This document shows positions 62,811-64,000 of a DNA stretch of 64,000 nt, piece by piece. The DNA comes from Mobula hypostoma. Lineage: Eukaryota. The stretch lies in contig NC_086108.1 in assembly GCF_963921235.1 (NCBI RefSeq), positions 89,220,001 to 89,284,000 of the forward strand, read 5' to 3'. Position 1 is the first letter of the stretch, and each line of letters starts with the position of its first letter. Under the pieces are notes generated by a model that was given only the letters and a program-made list of their open reading frames with translations, was not told where the DNA came from and did no database searches. Made by a program: the position numbers and the translations under genes.

Positions 62811-62945
62811 TAAAAAGTACCTTAATTACAATGCACCTCACTTTCCACAAACACTAGTTTAAACACTGGCTTATAAATAAGCTGATTAATCAATCCTTAA
62901 ACAGCATTCACACAGCTTCTGATTCCCAGGCCAACACCCCAGAAA

Positions 62946-63479
62946 TGTAACCCTCTCACCTGAGTTTGTATGCAAACTTGGCTGGTTAGCTAACTCCGCT
63001 AACAGCCACATGACTCATAAGCAATATACGTCTAAGGTTGGAATGATTTGGGGTTGAACCGAACAGGAAAGTTGGGATGTTCTGATTAATGTACATCAGT
63101 TGTAGTGAATGCTGTGTAAATCTTGCTCCATGGAAAGTTATCATTCGCCAGAAAATTAACAGATTGTATATCAGCAAAAAGAAATATATTTACCAAATTT
63201 ACAGTTACACAAAAAAAGGAAAGAAAAATAAAAGGGCCTAATACAAATAAACCAGTCCAATGTGCAATGCCCAATCCTTGGAGCTTGTTTCCAAAGTAGT
63301 CGTACTAAGACAACTCCAATTGACTAACTCCACATTCCTAAATTGGACAATATGACTCCTAATCTTTAGCCAAAGCCAAAACACTCTTGCTGGCAGAACA
63401 TACCACTTTTACAGAAAAATAAAAATAAAATAAAAATACCTCGCAGCATAGCAGTAGAAATCTTACCCGGGGCATTACA
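62946..63479 (-). repeat. Gypsy 5' LTR (internally shorter than the 3' LTR)
   Basis: TGTAA...TTACA termini; matches both ends of 54988-56913. Confidence 0.85.
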
Positions 63480-63789
63480 CTATACTGCATATGTTTAGTT
63501 TTTACTTCAACTAAAAAAATTGTGCATATTATTCTGAATGTAATGGCACCAATGATTAGTGACAGCTAACACAAGCTCCGGTATTTAGCATTTTTCCAGT
63601 ATATGAAGATTGACTTGCCATTTCCGCTATGAACATTCTATCACACATCATTTTTCAATAATCAGATAATTTCATATTTATTTCTCATTGTTCTTTACAA
63701 CATTTCCATTTGGTAAGTCAAGTCTATGTCAGATCTCAGAGCAAATCTACTCTCTCATTAATTTCCATTCTCTCAAACATGTTTATTAA

Positions 63790-64000
63790 CACCACCCACT
63801 CCCAGATCTCCTTCCAGCCACCTACACATTAGCCAATTGACAGACTGATGAGCACGCCTTTGAGGTGCTGAATGAAACCAGACTGCAGAGGGGCAAACCC
63901 ACATTCTCACAGGGAGAATGTGCAAACTCCACACAGACAGCACAGAGGTCAGGGTTAAAGACAGTCTGGAGCTGTGAAGCAGCTGTACTACCTGCTGTTC
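63790..64000 (-). mobile_element. tRNA-derived SINE (runs to the window edge)
   Basis: acagggagaatgtgcaaactccacacagacagcac...ggagctgtgaagcagc is a SINE body and tRNA-like head in reverse. Confidence 0.55.

Larger units (their letters stand above)
54988..63479 (-). mobile_element. Decayed Gypsy LTR retrotransposon with PNMA-like gag
   Basis: Two LTRs, PPT ggggagagaa (56914-56923), Pro-tRNA-like PBS (~62925-62942). gag, RT, RNase H and integrase fragments in Gypsy order. Flanks ctct/ctat are a 4-bp TSD with one mismatch. Confidence 0.88.

Overview
This window is repeat-saturated vertebrate DNA. The repeat mix (abundant CR1, Penelope-derived short repeats, L1, RTE, Rex1/Babar-like, Hero and Gypsy) suggests a cartilaginous fish, probably a ray, though that is an inference. 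I found no convincing host exon, and every long ORF belongs to a retroelement. The main points are: (1) Two divergent Hero-type (R2-superfamily, RLE) retrotransposons carry the same 3' RNA motif. It has all hammerhead core elements (GUC, GAAAC, CUGANGA) in a non-canonical pseudoknotted order, with compensatory stem changes between families. The full-length copy also has a ~340 bp Penelope-like terminal redundancy that duplicates the motif. (2) A non-coding RTE-type short retroposon, present in two copies, begins exactly at G1 of a well-formed HDV-like ribozyme. Two other short families show weaker HDV-like folds. (3) Penelope fragments carry minimal hammerheads and fold-back insertions. (4) A four-level, TSD-resolved nest (SINE < RTE < ribozyme-SINE < full-length L1) contains an L1 with an intact 1258-aa ORF2. 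(5) There is a decayed Gypsy provirus with PNMA-like gag, plus two solo LTRs. All folds were read by eye and are untested.
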